A DNA stretch of 19,347 nucleotides, taken from Promethearchaeota archaeon. Its GTDB lineage: Archaea > Asgardarchaeota > Lokiarchaeia > Sigyniarchaeales > SOKP01. The stretch is taken from positions 1-19,347 of the forward strand of contig JABCSY010000075.1 in assembly GCA_018238625.1 (NCBI GenBank), written 5' to 3'. Under the pieces are notes generated by a model. The model was not told where the DNA came from and searched no databases. It worked only from the letters and a program-made list of their open reading frames with translations. A program made the translations under genes and the position numbers. Of the stretch, positions 1 through 8,624 are shown piece by piece (the stretch's first letter is position 1; the number at the start of each line of letters is the position of its first letter).

Positions 1-1810
1 GTTTACATTTTTTATCGTGCATTTCTGCTTTCTTTGCGAAAGTTTCGCATTCAAGACAGAAAGGATGGGCTTTATTTATCATTCCTTGTGTTAAAAGACG
101 CTGGAATGGCTCATTAAATGAGTGAAGACCAATATCTCGAGCTACTTTAGTAAAAAATCGAGCATATAACAAATGCATTATAGCGTGTTCTATTCCACCA
201 ATATATTGATCAACATTCATCCAATAATCTGCTATTTCTTTTCTATATGGTAAACCTTTCTCATTTGGATCACAATACCTGAAAAAATACCAAGAGCTAT
301 CTACAAACGTATCCATCGTGTCTGTTTCTCTTTTTGCTTGTTTCCCACATTTTGGACATGGAACTTTAACATAAATTTCACTTGTTTTAAGCGGATTTCC
401 TCTTCCCGTAAATTTTACATCTTTTGGTAACTCCACAGGTAAATCATCATATGGGACGGGTACGATTCCACAAGTATCACAGTAAATAATTGGTATGGGA
501 CACCCCCAATAACGTTGCCTGGAAATTAACCAATCTCTTAATTTGTAATTTACAGTTTCTTCTCCCCTTCCTATTGATTCTAGCTTTTTTGAAATTGAAT
601 CTATTGCAGATCGGTTTTCCATACCATTAAATTCATCAGAATTTATTAAAATTCCATCGCCTTCATATGCTCTAGTCATCTTATCCGCATTTAATTCATA
701 TTCAAACGGCTGGATAACTATTTTTATTGGTATATCGTATTCTTTTGCAAATTCGAAGTCTCGTTGGTCGTGTCCTGGAACGGCCATAACGGCTCCAGCA
801 CCATACTCATAAATGATAAAATTACCCACATAAATTGGAATCTCTTCCTTAGTTATGGGGTTAATGGCATATTTGCCTATAAATAATCCTTTTTTTTCTA
901 CATCATTATCTGTTCTTTCAAATTTATCTTGTTTGGTTACTTCATTGTAGAATTTTTCAAAGTCCTCCTCATATTTCGTCCCTTTTACCCATAATTTTAC
1001 CCAGGGATGTTCCGGTGCGAAGACCATAAAGGTAACGCCAAATAAAGTATCAGTCCTAGTTGTAAAAATGTCGATTGTTCGATCCTCTCCTACAATTGGG
1101 AACCGAATGGTACTTCCTTCGGAGCGCCCAATCCAGTTTCTTTGCATAGTTTTCACTTTTTCTGGCCATTCAACTTGGTTTAATCCATTCAATAGTTCCT
1201 CAGCATATTCTCTAATTTTTAAAAACCATTGAGTTAAGAACTTCTGTTCGACTTCAGAACTACAACGCCAACATTTACCGCTTAGAACTTGTTCATTAGC
1301 TAGTACCGTCGTGCAATCTGGGCACCAATTCACGTAGCTTTCTTGCCTATATGCTAAACCTTTCTCGTACATCTTTATAAAGAACCATTGATCCCACTTG
1401 TAATAATTAGGATCGTGACTGTAAACCATTCGCCTCCAATCGTATGAAAGTCCTATGCGCTTTTGTTGTTGTTGAATCGATTTTATATTAAAGTCTGTCC
1501 ATTCTGCGGGATCGACCCCTTGATCTATGGCAGCATTTTCTGCGGGTAATCCATAGCTATCATAGCCCATAGGGTATAATACATTAAGCCCTTGCATTCT
1601 TTTGAATCTTGCAAATGAGTCCCCTATTGAATAATTGCGAAGGTGTCCGATATGTAAATCTGAGCTTGGGTAGGGGTACATCTCCAAAACGTAATATTTT
1701 TTCTTCCCCTCTTTGCTCAAATCTTCTTTAACTTCGAATACTTTCTCTTTTTCCCACTTTTTTTGCCACTTTTGCTCGATTTTTTGAAAGTTATATTCAG
1801 TATTTACCAT
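1..1810 (-). CDS. leuS: Leucyl-tRNA synthetase, bacterial-type (3'-truncated by window edge; not in supplied ORF track)
   Basis: Manual translation from the ATG at 1810 gives [23 protein letters not shown]...[22 protein letters not shown] (HIGH motif), [22 protein letters not shown] (Zn knuckle), [13 protein letters not shown]1 editing domain [10 protein letters not shown]...[63 protein letters not shown] and [11 protein letters not shown]. The frame is open to position 2. KMSKS lies beyond the window. Confidence 0.97.
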   Translation of the reverse strand, partial: MVNTEYNFQKIEQKWQKKWEKEKVFEVKEDLSKEGKKKYYVLEMYPYPSSDLHIGHLRNYSIGDSFARFKRMQGLNVLYPMGYDSYGLPAENAAIDQGVDPAEWTDFNIKSIQQQQKRIGLSYDWRRMVYSHDPNYYKWDQWFFIKMYEKGLAYRQESYVNWCPDCTTVLANEQVLSGKCWRCSSEVEQKFLTQWFLKIREYAEELLNGLNQVEWPEKVKTMQRNWIGRSEGSTIRFPIVGEDRTIDIFTTRTDTLFGVTFMVFAPEHPWVKLWVKGTKYEEDFEKFYNEVTKQDKFERTDNDVEKKGLFIGKYAINPITKEEIPIYVGNFIIYEYGAGAVMAVPGHDQRDFEFAKEYDIPIKIVIQPFEYELNADKMTRAYEGDGILINSDEFNGMENRSAIDSISKKLESIGRGEETVNYKLRDWLISRQRYWGCPIPIIYCDTCGIVPVPYDDLPVELPKDVKFTGRGNPLKTSEIYVKVPCPKCGKQAKRETDTMDTFVDSSWYFFRYCDPNEKGLPYRKEIADYWMNVDQYIGGIEHAIMHLLYARFFTKVARDIGLHSFNEPFQRLLTQGMINKAHPFCLECETFAKKAEMHDKKCK

Positions 1811-1833
1811 TTTCCATCAATATAATTCCTATA

Positions 1834-1850
1834 AAAATATAAACTTGAAT
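1834..1850 (-). promoter_or_regulatory. Candidate archaeal BRE/TATA promoter for leuS
   Basis: The minus strand reads TTCAAGTTTATATTTT. TTTATAT ends about 27 nt upstream of the leuS ATG, which fits a leaderless or short-leader transcript. The AT-rich background makes this weak. Confidence 0.35.
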
Positions 1851-1885
1851 AATTTATACAATAAATTTTTTTTGAATTGAGTCAT

Positions 1886-1908
1886 ATTTTTATAAAAAAG
1901 GTTATCTT
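1886..1908 (+). promoter_or_regulatory. Candidate archaeal TATA/BRE promoter for the lipS2-cofD run
   Basis: ATTTTTATAAAAAAGGTTATCTT lies about 23-45 nt upstream of the ATG at 1931, in the 120-bp divergent intergenic region. Confidence 0.35.
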
Positions 1909-1930
1909 TAGAGAAAATATTGGTTTAATT

Positions 1931-2932
1931 ATGACAATAGAGAAAATTAGGGTGTCAATTGGGAGCGCTTCAGTGCTTGGATTATATCAAAGTAAAAGAT
2001 TTAAAGATGTTCCAACTACATGTTATATCATGACTTATAAAGAGGGTCATTGTATTGCAAACTGTGGCTTTTGTCCACAAGCCAGGGAATCAGAAAGCTC
2101 AGTTGAGATGCTTTCTCGAGTAAGCTGGCCAGTTTTTTCTTTTAAAGAATTTCTAACAAAAATAAGTTATTTACCAACAACAAAAAGGTTTAAAAGAGTT
2201 TGCATTCAAACTCTAAATTACCCACAAAATTTTCAAGATTTATTGGAAATTATTACTCAACTTAGAAAGAACAGTAATACACCAATATCTGTCGCAATAC
2301 CACCTATGTCGAGAGAAAAATTAGAAGAATTAAAGCTTATTGGTGTAGAGAGAGTGGGTATAGCTCTTGATGCCGCTACGCCTAAGATCTTTGAGGAAGT
2401 AAAAGGTAAGGAGGTTAACAGCCCTTACGATTGGGATACTCACTTTCAAAATCTTAAAACTGCATTAGAAATTTTTTCAGAAGGATTTGTTACCACACAT
2501 TTAATCGTTGGTTTAGGCGAAACTCAGAAAGAAATTTTAACATTAATTAATAAACTAGACTCGTTAGGGATCAGAGTAAGTTTATTTTCATTTACACCAA
2601 TTAAAGGAACAAGGCTTGAAAATCTCAGGCAACCTAATGTTATTCATTTTAGAAAAATACAGCTTGGAAGATATCTTCTTATAAATGGACTTAAAAACCT
2701 TAAGGATTTTACTTTTAATAATAACGGCGATGTAATCAAATTTAATTTAATTAAAAGAGATTTATGGGACATTATTGACGAGACTAACGCATTTCTAACA
2801 TCGGGCTGTCCAGGTTGCAATCGTCCATATTATACATCAAAACCTTCTGGTCCAATCTATAATTACCCGAGACAACTCGTAACAAATGAAAAAGATAATA
2901 TTTTTCAATCCTTAATTAAGCTCGTTCATTAA
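1931..2932 (+). CDS. lipS2: Radical SAM protein, two-component lipoyl synthase subunit LipS2
   Basis: Has CxxxCxxC (CIANCGFC), an N-terminal IRVSIGSASVLGL, LSRVSWP, and a C-terminal TSGCPGCNRP matching the LipS2 signature TxGCPxC(N/D)RP. It is adjacent to a lipoate ligase and a LipS1. The ATG at 1931 (MTIEKIRVS) is preferred over the TTG at 1877. Confidence 0.88.
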   Translation: MTIEKIRVSIGSASVLGLYQSKRFKDVPTTCYIMTYKEGHCIANCGFCPQARESESSVEMLSRVSWPVFSFKEFLTKISYLPTTKRFKRVCIQTLNYPQNFQDLLEIITQLRKNSNTPISVAIPPMSREKLEELKLIGVERVGIALDAATPKIFEEVKGKEVNSPYDWDTHFQNLKTALEIFSEGFVTTHLIVGLGETQKEILTLINKLDSLGIRVSLFSFTPIKGTRLENLRQPNVIHFRKIQLGRYLLINGLKNLKDFTFNNNGDVIKFNLIKRDLWDIIDETNAFLTSGCPGCNRPYYTSKPSGPIYNYPRQLVTNEKDNIFQSLIKLVH

Positions 2933-2937
2933 AGATA

Positions 2938-3729
2938 ATGGTAAAAAGTTTGAAAGAATGGAGATTTATTCCTATAGAAGTTAGAAATGGATATTGGAAT
3001 ATGGCATTAGATGAGGCTATTTTAAATGCTGTTATTGAAAAAAGATCTCCTAACACATTGAGGTTTTTTAAGTGGGAACCATCAACAGTGTCAATAGGTA
3101 GAAATCAAAGCCTTTCAAACGAAGTTAACACGAATGTAGCTATTGAAAAGGGTTTTAATGTCGTACGGAGAATTACAGGGGGAGGGGCGGTGTTTCACGA
3201 CAATACTCGCGAAATTACATATTCTATTGTGTGTCCTATAAAATTTCTAGAAGGGCTTAATGCAAAGAAAGTAATTGAGCAGTTCGAAATCTTAGAGGCA
3301 GGAATAATCATGGGTCTAACAAAGTATGGATTACAACCAGAAAAAGGAGTTATACATTGTCCCGCAATTTTTTTAGATGGAAAGAAGTTTTCTGGAAATG
3401 CGCAAATCAGAAAAAGGGGTTTTATCCTCCAACATGGAACGATTTTGTTAGAACTCGATCCAGAACTTATGTATTCAGTTCTAAAAGCACCTCATAACGT
3501 AGGCAAATCGAAAATGGTAAATTCTGTTTTTGCTAAATGTATTGGTATAAAGGAACAATTAAATTATTATAACGAAGAAGATTTTCTATTATCTCTAAAA
3601 GATGGTTTTGAAACCACATTAGGGATAAAATTAAAAGAAGGAATTTATACAGATTATGAATTGGAATTAGCAAAAGAACTTGTTCTACAGAAATATTCGA
3701 ATATTGAATGGTTAAAAAAATATGAATGA
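2938..3729 (+). CDS. Lipoate-protein ligase A / octanoyltransferase family (BPL_LplA_LipB), catalytic domain only
   Basis: Motifs NMALDEAIL, TLRFFKW..STVSIGRNQ, VVRRITGGGAVFHD, GKKFSGNAQ (conserved Lys) and LQHGTIL. It is 263 aa with no C-terminal accessory (LplB-like) domain. Confidence 0.92.
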   Translation: MVKSLKEWRFIPIEVRNGYWNMALDEAILNAVIEKRSPNTLRFFKWEPSTVSIGRNQSLSNEVNTNVAIEKGFNVVRRITGGGAVFHDNTREITYSIVCPIKFLEGLNAKKVIEQFEILEAGIIMGLTKYGLQPEKGVIHCPAIFLDGKKFSGNAQIRKRGFILQHGTILLELDPELMYSVLKAPHNVGKSKMVNSVFAKCIGIKEQLNYYNEEDFLLSLKDGFETTLGIKLKEGIYTDYELELAKELVLQKYSNIEWLKKYE

Positions 3730-4774
3730 AATTAAAGTATTGCTAGAGAAATTTGAAACCGGTACCCAGACTTGGTTAGATTATGAAGAGTTGATAAACC
3801 TGGAATCAAAAGATTTAGAACCTTTTTTTAAACTTGCTTATAATTTAAAAAAGCAAAATTTTAGTAATGAACTTAAAGTTTATATCCCCAATAAAAGGTT
3901 TCCGGCAATAAGTATTACTGGAACCGAATGTTCGTTACATTGCGAACACTGTAATGAAAAATATCTTGATGGAATGATATCAATTTTAAATAATAAGGAC
4001 CTAGAAGCTTTTTTAATGAATTTATCTAATAACGATGGCGTTGGAGCTTTAATTTCAGGAGGATGTCAACCCGATGGTTCAGTACCTTTATTAAATTTTT
4101 TAGATACTATTAAAAAAATAAAGAAGAAAACGAACCTGATAATAAATGTGCACACGGGTTTACTCAGCGAAGAAACGGCTATAAAATTAGCCGAGGTAGG
4201 TGTAGATATCGTATCTTTTGACATAAATATGGATGAGGAAATTATAAAAGATATATATCACTTAGATAAAAATTTAGAGGATTACAAAAGGGCAATAGAA
4301 ATTCTGCAAAAATATAAATTGAATGTTGTTCCTCACATCTGTATTGGTTTACATTACGGAAAACTCCATAAAGAATTAGAATCAATTAAATTTATAAAAG
4401 AATCTGGATTAAATCCTTCCTTAATAGTACTAATTGCTTTAATTCCTCCTAAGAATTCTAAAACAAAATTCATTAGACCAAAACCTATGGACATCGCAAA
4501 AGTTATTTCAATAATTAGATTTATTTTTCCAAGATCAGAAACTTCCCTAGGATGCATGAGACCAAGGGGGGACGTAAAAGTGGAAATAGAGAAATGCGCA
4601 ATTCGAGCAGGTATTACTAGGATTGAAATTCCTTCAAAAAAAACTTTAAAATGGATAAAAGAAGAAGATCCTGACGTGAACTTTAATTTTTTATCCGCGT
4701 GTTGTGCAATTCCAAAAGAATTTGAGAAACTTGCCAGAAGTAAAGCTTCTGATTTAAAGAGCTATCAAATATAA
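3722..4774 (+). CDS. lipS1: Radical SAM protein, two-component lipoyl synthase subunit LipS1
   Basis: Has ISITGTECSLHCEHC (CxxxCxxC), GALISGG, INVHTG, VVPHICIGL and the LipS1 signatures LGCMRP (GC[M/A]R) and C-terminal ACCA (CC). It overlaps the ligase stop by 8 bp (ATGAATGA). Confidence 0.88.
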   Translation: MNEIKVLLEKFETGTQTWLDYEELINLESKDLEPFFKLAYNLKKQNFSNELKVYIPNKRFPAISITGTECSLHCEHCNEKYLDGMISILNNKDLEAFLMNLSNNDGVGALISGGCQPDGSVPLLNFLDTIKKIKKKTNLIINVHTGLLSEETAIKLAEVGVDIVSFDINMDEEIIKDIYHLDKNLEDYKRAIEILQKYKLNVVPHICIGLHYGKLHKELESIKFIKESGLNPSLIVLIALIPPKNSKTKFIRPKPMDIAKVISIIRFIFPRSETSLGCMRPRGDVKVEIEKCAIRAGITRIEIPSKKTLKWIKEEDPDVNFNFLSACCAIPKEFEKLARSKASDLKSYQI

Positions 4775-4801
4775 TTCGATAAATAAAGAATATTTAAGAA
4801 A

Positions 4802-6205
4802 ATGAAAGAAAAAATTAACTTAATCGCGATTAAGGAGATCCCTCTAATAAAAGCTGGCGATAATATTCCCCAAATTATATTTAACGCTTTAAAATTAAAT
4901 AATTTAGCGTTAGAAAATGGAGATATTTTAGTTATTGCCCAAACTATAATTTCAAAAAGCCTTGGAAGGACACAGAATTTAAATCTAATTAAACCAAGTC
5001 AAAAAGCTATTGAAATCTGCAAAAAAATAGCGCCCTTGGCAAAGAAAAATGCTTTACCAGAAAAAAGCCCTGAATTAATTCAAGCGATATTAGATGAATC
5101 TACTGAAGTAATAAAAACTGAGCACGTAATGATTGTTGAGACTCACCATGGTTTTGTATGTGCTAATGCGGGTATTGACAAATCGAATGTTGAAGGTAAA
5201 GATGAAATTACTTTGTTACCCTTGGATTCAGATAAAGAAGCAGAAAAAATTAGAAGTTCACTACAAAGATTAACTGGAAAAAATATTGCTGTAATAATTT
5301 CTGATTCCTTTGGGAGATCGTTCAGGATTGGATCAGTGGGCGTAGCTTTAGGAGTTTCGGGTATAAATCCAATTTTAGATAAAAGAGGGAGTAAAGATTT
5401 ATATGGAAAAGAGTTGCAAAGTACTATTGTGGGCCAAGTTGATAATTTAGCATCTGCAGCTCAATTAATTATGGGAGAGACTGACGAAGGACGGCCAGTT
5501 ATAGTTATAAGAGGGTGCGATTTTAACATAACTGAAAATACTTCAATAGAACAAATCTTAAGAAAAAGAGAGATAGACTTGTTTAGAAACATAAAATTTC
5601 GAGAGAATTTAGAAATTTTATTAAAATCACGAAGAAGTTACAAATTAGAGTTTAGTAATAAAAAAATAGAGGAGAGTGTGATAAAGGAGTGCATTGAAAT
5701 AGCGCGATGGGCCCCAAGCGCACATAATGGCCAATTTTGGCGATATATTATAATGGAACAAGGAAAATTACGTGAAACCCTAATAAAAAATATAAATTCT
5801 AAACTCGGAGAAGATTTGTTTAAAGATGGTAAATCGAGAAATTTTATTGAAAAAAAAATCGAAAAAACAAAAAATCAATTTTTAAGATCTCCTTATTTAA
5901 TCCTTCTATGTTTAGATACACAAGATTTAGAGAAATATTCTGATCAAGAAAGAGAAAAAAACGAATATGTTATGGGAGTACAAAGCATAAGCGCGTCAGC
6001 AACATATTTGCTTCTTGCTTTTGAAGTAAGGGGGTTATCAGCGTGTTGGTATTGTGCTCCTTTATTCACTAAGGAGATTATCAAAAATACATTAAATCTA
6101 CCGTCTTCTTTTATTCCAATGGCATTTTTTACAGTAGGAAAATCGTTAAAGACACAAAAAATACCCAAACGTAAAGAATTGAAAGATATAATTTTTAAAG
6201 TATAA
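4802..6205 (+). CDS. cofE: Coenzyme F420-0:gamma-glutamyl ligase (CofE) fused to a C-terminal nitroreductase-fold domain (FbiB-like)
   Basis: Residues 1-~262 carry CofE motifs GDILVIAQTIISK, HGFVCANAGIDKSN, IISDSFGRSFRIG, DNLASAAQLIMGE and a terminal DLFR. Residues ~268-467 are nitroreductase-like: SRRSYK, ARWAPSAHNGQFW, DLFKDG, QSISASATYLLLA, GLSACWYCAPLF. This resembles the FbiB C-terminal family. Confidence 0.92.
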   Translation: MKEKINLIAIKEIPLIKAGDNIPQIIFNALKLNNLALENGDILVIAQTIISKSLGRTQNLNLIKPSQKAIEICKKIAPLAKKNALPEKSPELIQAILDESTEVIKTEHVMIVETHHGFVCANAGIDKSNVEGKDEITLLPLDSDKEAEKIRSSLQRLTGKNIAVIISDSFGRSFRIGSVGVALGVSGINPILDKRGSKDLYGKELQSTIVGQVDNLASAAQLIMGETDEGRPVIVIRGCDFNITENTSIEQILRKREIDLFRNIKFRENLEILLKSRRSYKLEFSNKKIEESVIKECIEIARWAPSAHNGQFWRYIIMEQGKLRETLIKNINSKLGEDLFKDGKSRNFIEKKIEKTKNQFLRSPYLILLCLDTQDLEKYSDQEREKNEYVMGVQSISASATYLLLAFEVRGLSACWYCAPLFTKEIIKNTLNLPSSFIPMAFFTVGKSLKTQKIPKRKELKDIIFKV

Positions 6206-6227
6206 AAAACTAATTATGTGAACAAAT

Positions 6228-7163
6228 ATGAACGATAATTATTATTTAATACTCGCTGGAGGCGTTGGAGCCGCAAAATTCATTAAAGGTCTAGCAAATG
6301 TTATTGATCCCGCGTTATTAAAGATTGTTATTAATACTGGTGACGATATCGAATTATTCGGTTTAAAAATGTGTCCCGATATAGATATTATTACTTATAC
6401 TTTAGCCAATATAGTGGACAAAGAAAAGGGATGGGGTTTTCAAGATGAAACTTTTAATTGTTTAAGTATTTTAAAAAAGTATTACGGTTTTGAATGGTTT
6501 AACGCTGGAGATAAAGATTTAGCAACCCATATTTATCGTACCGATTTATTTAAAAAAGGGTTTAATAAGGCAGAAATAACCTCAATAATTTGTGAGAAAC
6601 TTGGAATTAAATCTCAACTTATCCCTATGTGTAATGAAGACGTACAAACATTTATTACAACGGATTTTAAAAAAATGCATTTTGAAGAATATTTCATTAA
6701 ATATCAATGTGAACCTAAAATTATTGATGTACAATTTCAAGGCATTAAAAAAGCAAGGCCAGTGAATAACATTTTGGATTATATTAAGAAAGCCAAGAAG
6801 GTTTTAATTTGCCCTTCGAATCCAATAGTGTCAATAGGAACAATATTAGGTGTAGAGGGAATTAAAGAATCATTAAAAAATGTTAAGCAAAAAGTAATAG
6901 CAATTAGCCCTATTATAGAAGGGGCAACTGTACAGGGTCCAGCTGATAAATTAATGAAATACTTTGGAATAAAAGTTTCTTGCGTTGGCGTAGCAAAATA
7001 TTATCGTGAGATTATTGGTCATTTTATCATTGATAAAAAGGATTGTAAATTGAAATCGGAAATAGAAAAATTGGATATACCCACTTATTGCTTTGATACC
7101 ATGATGGTATCCTTAGATAAAAAGAAAGAACTGGCTCAGTTTGTAATAGATATTAAAACATAA
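6228..7163 (+). CDS. cofD: 2-phospho-L-lactate transferase (CofD/FbiA), F420 biosynthesis
   Basis: Motifs LAGGVGAAKFIKGL, INTGDD, CPDIDIITYTLA, WFNAGDKDLATHIYRT, MHFEEYF, ICPSNPIVSIGTIL, AISPII and GPADKLM. It is next to cofE. Confidence 0.95.
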   Translation: MNDNYYLILAGGVGAAKFIKGLANVIDPALLKIVINTGDDIELFGLKMCPDIDIITYTLANIVDKEKGWGFQDETFNCLSILKKYYGFEWFNAGDKDLATHIYRTDLFKKGFNKAEITSIICEKLGIKSQLIPMCNEDVQTFITTDFKKMHFEEYFIKYQCEPKIIDVQFQGIKKARPVNNILDYIKKAKKVLICPSNPIVSIGTILGVEGIKESLKNVKQKVIAISPIIEGATVQGPADKLMKYFGIKVSCVGVAKYYREIIGHFIIDKKDCKLKSEIEKLDIPTYCFDTMMVSLDKKKELAQFVIDIKT

Positions 7164-7172
7164 AAATTTGTC

Positions 7173-8621
7173 TTAAGTACTTTGTGTTGGTGCTTGCTCA
7201 ATTTCAACTTCTTTTTCCTCTTCAACTTCCTCTTTTTTAACATAATCACCTACTGAAGCCAAAATTTCTTTAATTCGTCCTTCTTGTTGAAGTCGAATAA
7301 GTAAATTCCTATGTTTTATAAAAGAAATTACTTTTGAGATTACAGGGAATGTTAACATTAATGGAACCAATAAAATTACTATAATTTCAGGAGAATACAT
7401 AACAACGCTCTCAACGATAGCGGGAGGTAATTGAAAAATATGTTCCATGAACCATTTTGGATGAATGATAATATAACTGATAATTATTAATAACCCAACT
7501 CGGAAAACAAAATTAATGATTGTTGAAACCACAAGACTTTGTGGTTTGGGAGCTGAAGATTTGGCCGTTAAAGTATCTTGAGCTTCAATATCTTCTTGGA
7601 AAAGGCGATGAATGTATCTTCCAAGCCTTCTAGTTTTTGACGCCGCTGTTACCAACTTTTTTTCTTCTTCTTCTAATTTTTTTTTCTCAATCATTTCTTT
7701 TATATAAGAAAATCTTTCTCCAGTTTTCGCAAAAAAACCGCTGATACCCATCGTTGTTTTATCTTCAATCTCTAACTCTTCTCTTCTTTTTTTAGCTTCT
7801 TCTTTTATTTTATCGACATTTGCAGTTATATAATAGGATTCGCTTTGTAATACCGTCAATTGCGCCTCTAATCGATTGCTTCTTTCTAAAGACGGTTTAG
7901 TAACTGTGTATGTATAATTTATTTGAAAAGCCATTTCTAAATAAATATAAGATGTTATTGCGAGAAGTATAACTGGACTTGCAAAAAATTGAAATATATC
8001 ATCAATAGGTATCTCCTCTAGAGAAATATCAAGAGGATACGGTAAATCTTCCAAATATTGAATGCTTATATTAAATAAATCCAGCATATCCTTAAATCCA
8101 AACACCATAAGAGGAATTACTAACATAAGAATTATAGCCCCAACGACTATAAGATCGTCCTTTGGGTTTGTTTTAAGGAAAGCCTTAACTGCGTAAATTA
8201 TTGAAATTATAATTAAGATTTGAAATGCTATTAAATAAATATTCTCATTAAAAACAGCGAATTCTTGCCCGAGTAAATCAGGAATTTGACTAATGTTTGG
8301 AGTTGTCCCATTAGGAAATGTAAACCAAAGACTTAATAGACCTCGAAAAAAATGATCTAACAATGTAAACATATGTGGTTGCGCTGCTAAAAAAATAAAG
8401 GTTGAGATAAGAACGCTAAATATAGCAATGCCGTACGCTGCTGCAAAAATAAGATAAGTTAACATATTTTTTAAACTGGTAAAAAATGCAGTTAATACAA
8501 GTTCTCCACTTGAAGTTGTAACAACTTCGTCAAAATGAAATATTGAGAAAAAAATAGTTAGAATCCATACAAAAATTAACGCGTTGAGAATTTTTAAAAT
8601 TAAAATGTAATATCTTGTCAT
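7173..8621 (-). CDS. Hypothetical multi-pass membrane protein with a central highly charged helical/coiled-coil region
   Basis: 482-aa ORF with about 5-6 hydrophobic segments in residues 1-235, an E/K/R-rich helical stretch (~240-355, e.g. IKEEAKKRREELE, IEKKKLEEEEKK), two more hydrophobic segments and an acidic tail. It starts 3 bp after the DUF58 gene stop. No family recognised. Confidence 0.8.
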   Translation of the reverse strand: MTRYYILILKILNALIFVWILTIFFSIFHFDEVVTTSSGELVLTAFFTSLKNMLTYLIFAAAYGIAIFSVLISTFIFLAAQPHMFTLLDHFFRGLLSLWFTFPNGTTPNISQIPDLLGQEFAVFNENIYLIAFQILIIISIIYAVKAFLKTNPKDDLIVVGAIILMLVIPLMVFGFKDMLDLFNISIQYLEDLPYPLDISLEEIPIDDIFQFFASPVILLAITSYIYLEMAFQINYTYTVTKPSLERSNRLEAQLTVLQSESYYITANVDKIKEEAKKRREELEIEDKTTMGISGFFAKTGERFSYIKEMIEKKKLEEEEKKLVTAASKTRRLGRYIHRLFQEDIEAQDTLTAKSSAPKPQSLVVSTIINFVFRVGLLIIISYIIIHPKWFMEHIFQLPPAIVESVVMYSPEIIVILLVPLMLTFPVISKVISFIKHRNLLIRLQQEGRIKEILASVGDYVKKEEVEEEKEVEIEQAPTQST

Positions 8622-8624
8622 TTT

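Noticed and set aside
1877-1930. TTG-initiated 18-aa N-terminal extension of lipS2 given by the ORF track
   Set aside because: It overlaps the probable promoter. Family similarity begins at MTIEKIRVSIG (ATG 1931).
4354-4557. 67-aa minus-strand ORF
   Set aside because: Antisense shadow inside lipS1 with no recognisable motif.
1931-4774. Annotation of the two radical SAM genes as biotin synthase (BioB) or as FO synthase CofG/CofH because cofE/cofD are adjacent
   Set aside because: They carry LipS2 and LipS1 signature motifs and flank a lipoate ligase. I see no BioB or CofG/CofH-specific motifs.
5944-6168. 74-aa minus-strand ORF
   Set aside because: Antisense shadow inside the cofE fusion's nitroreductase domain.
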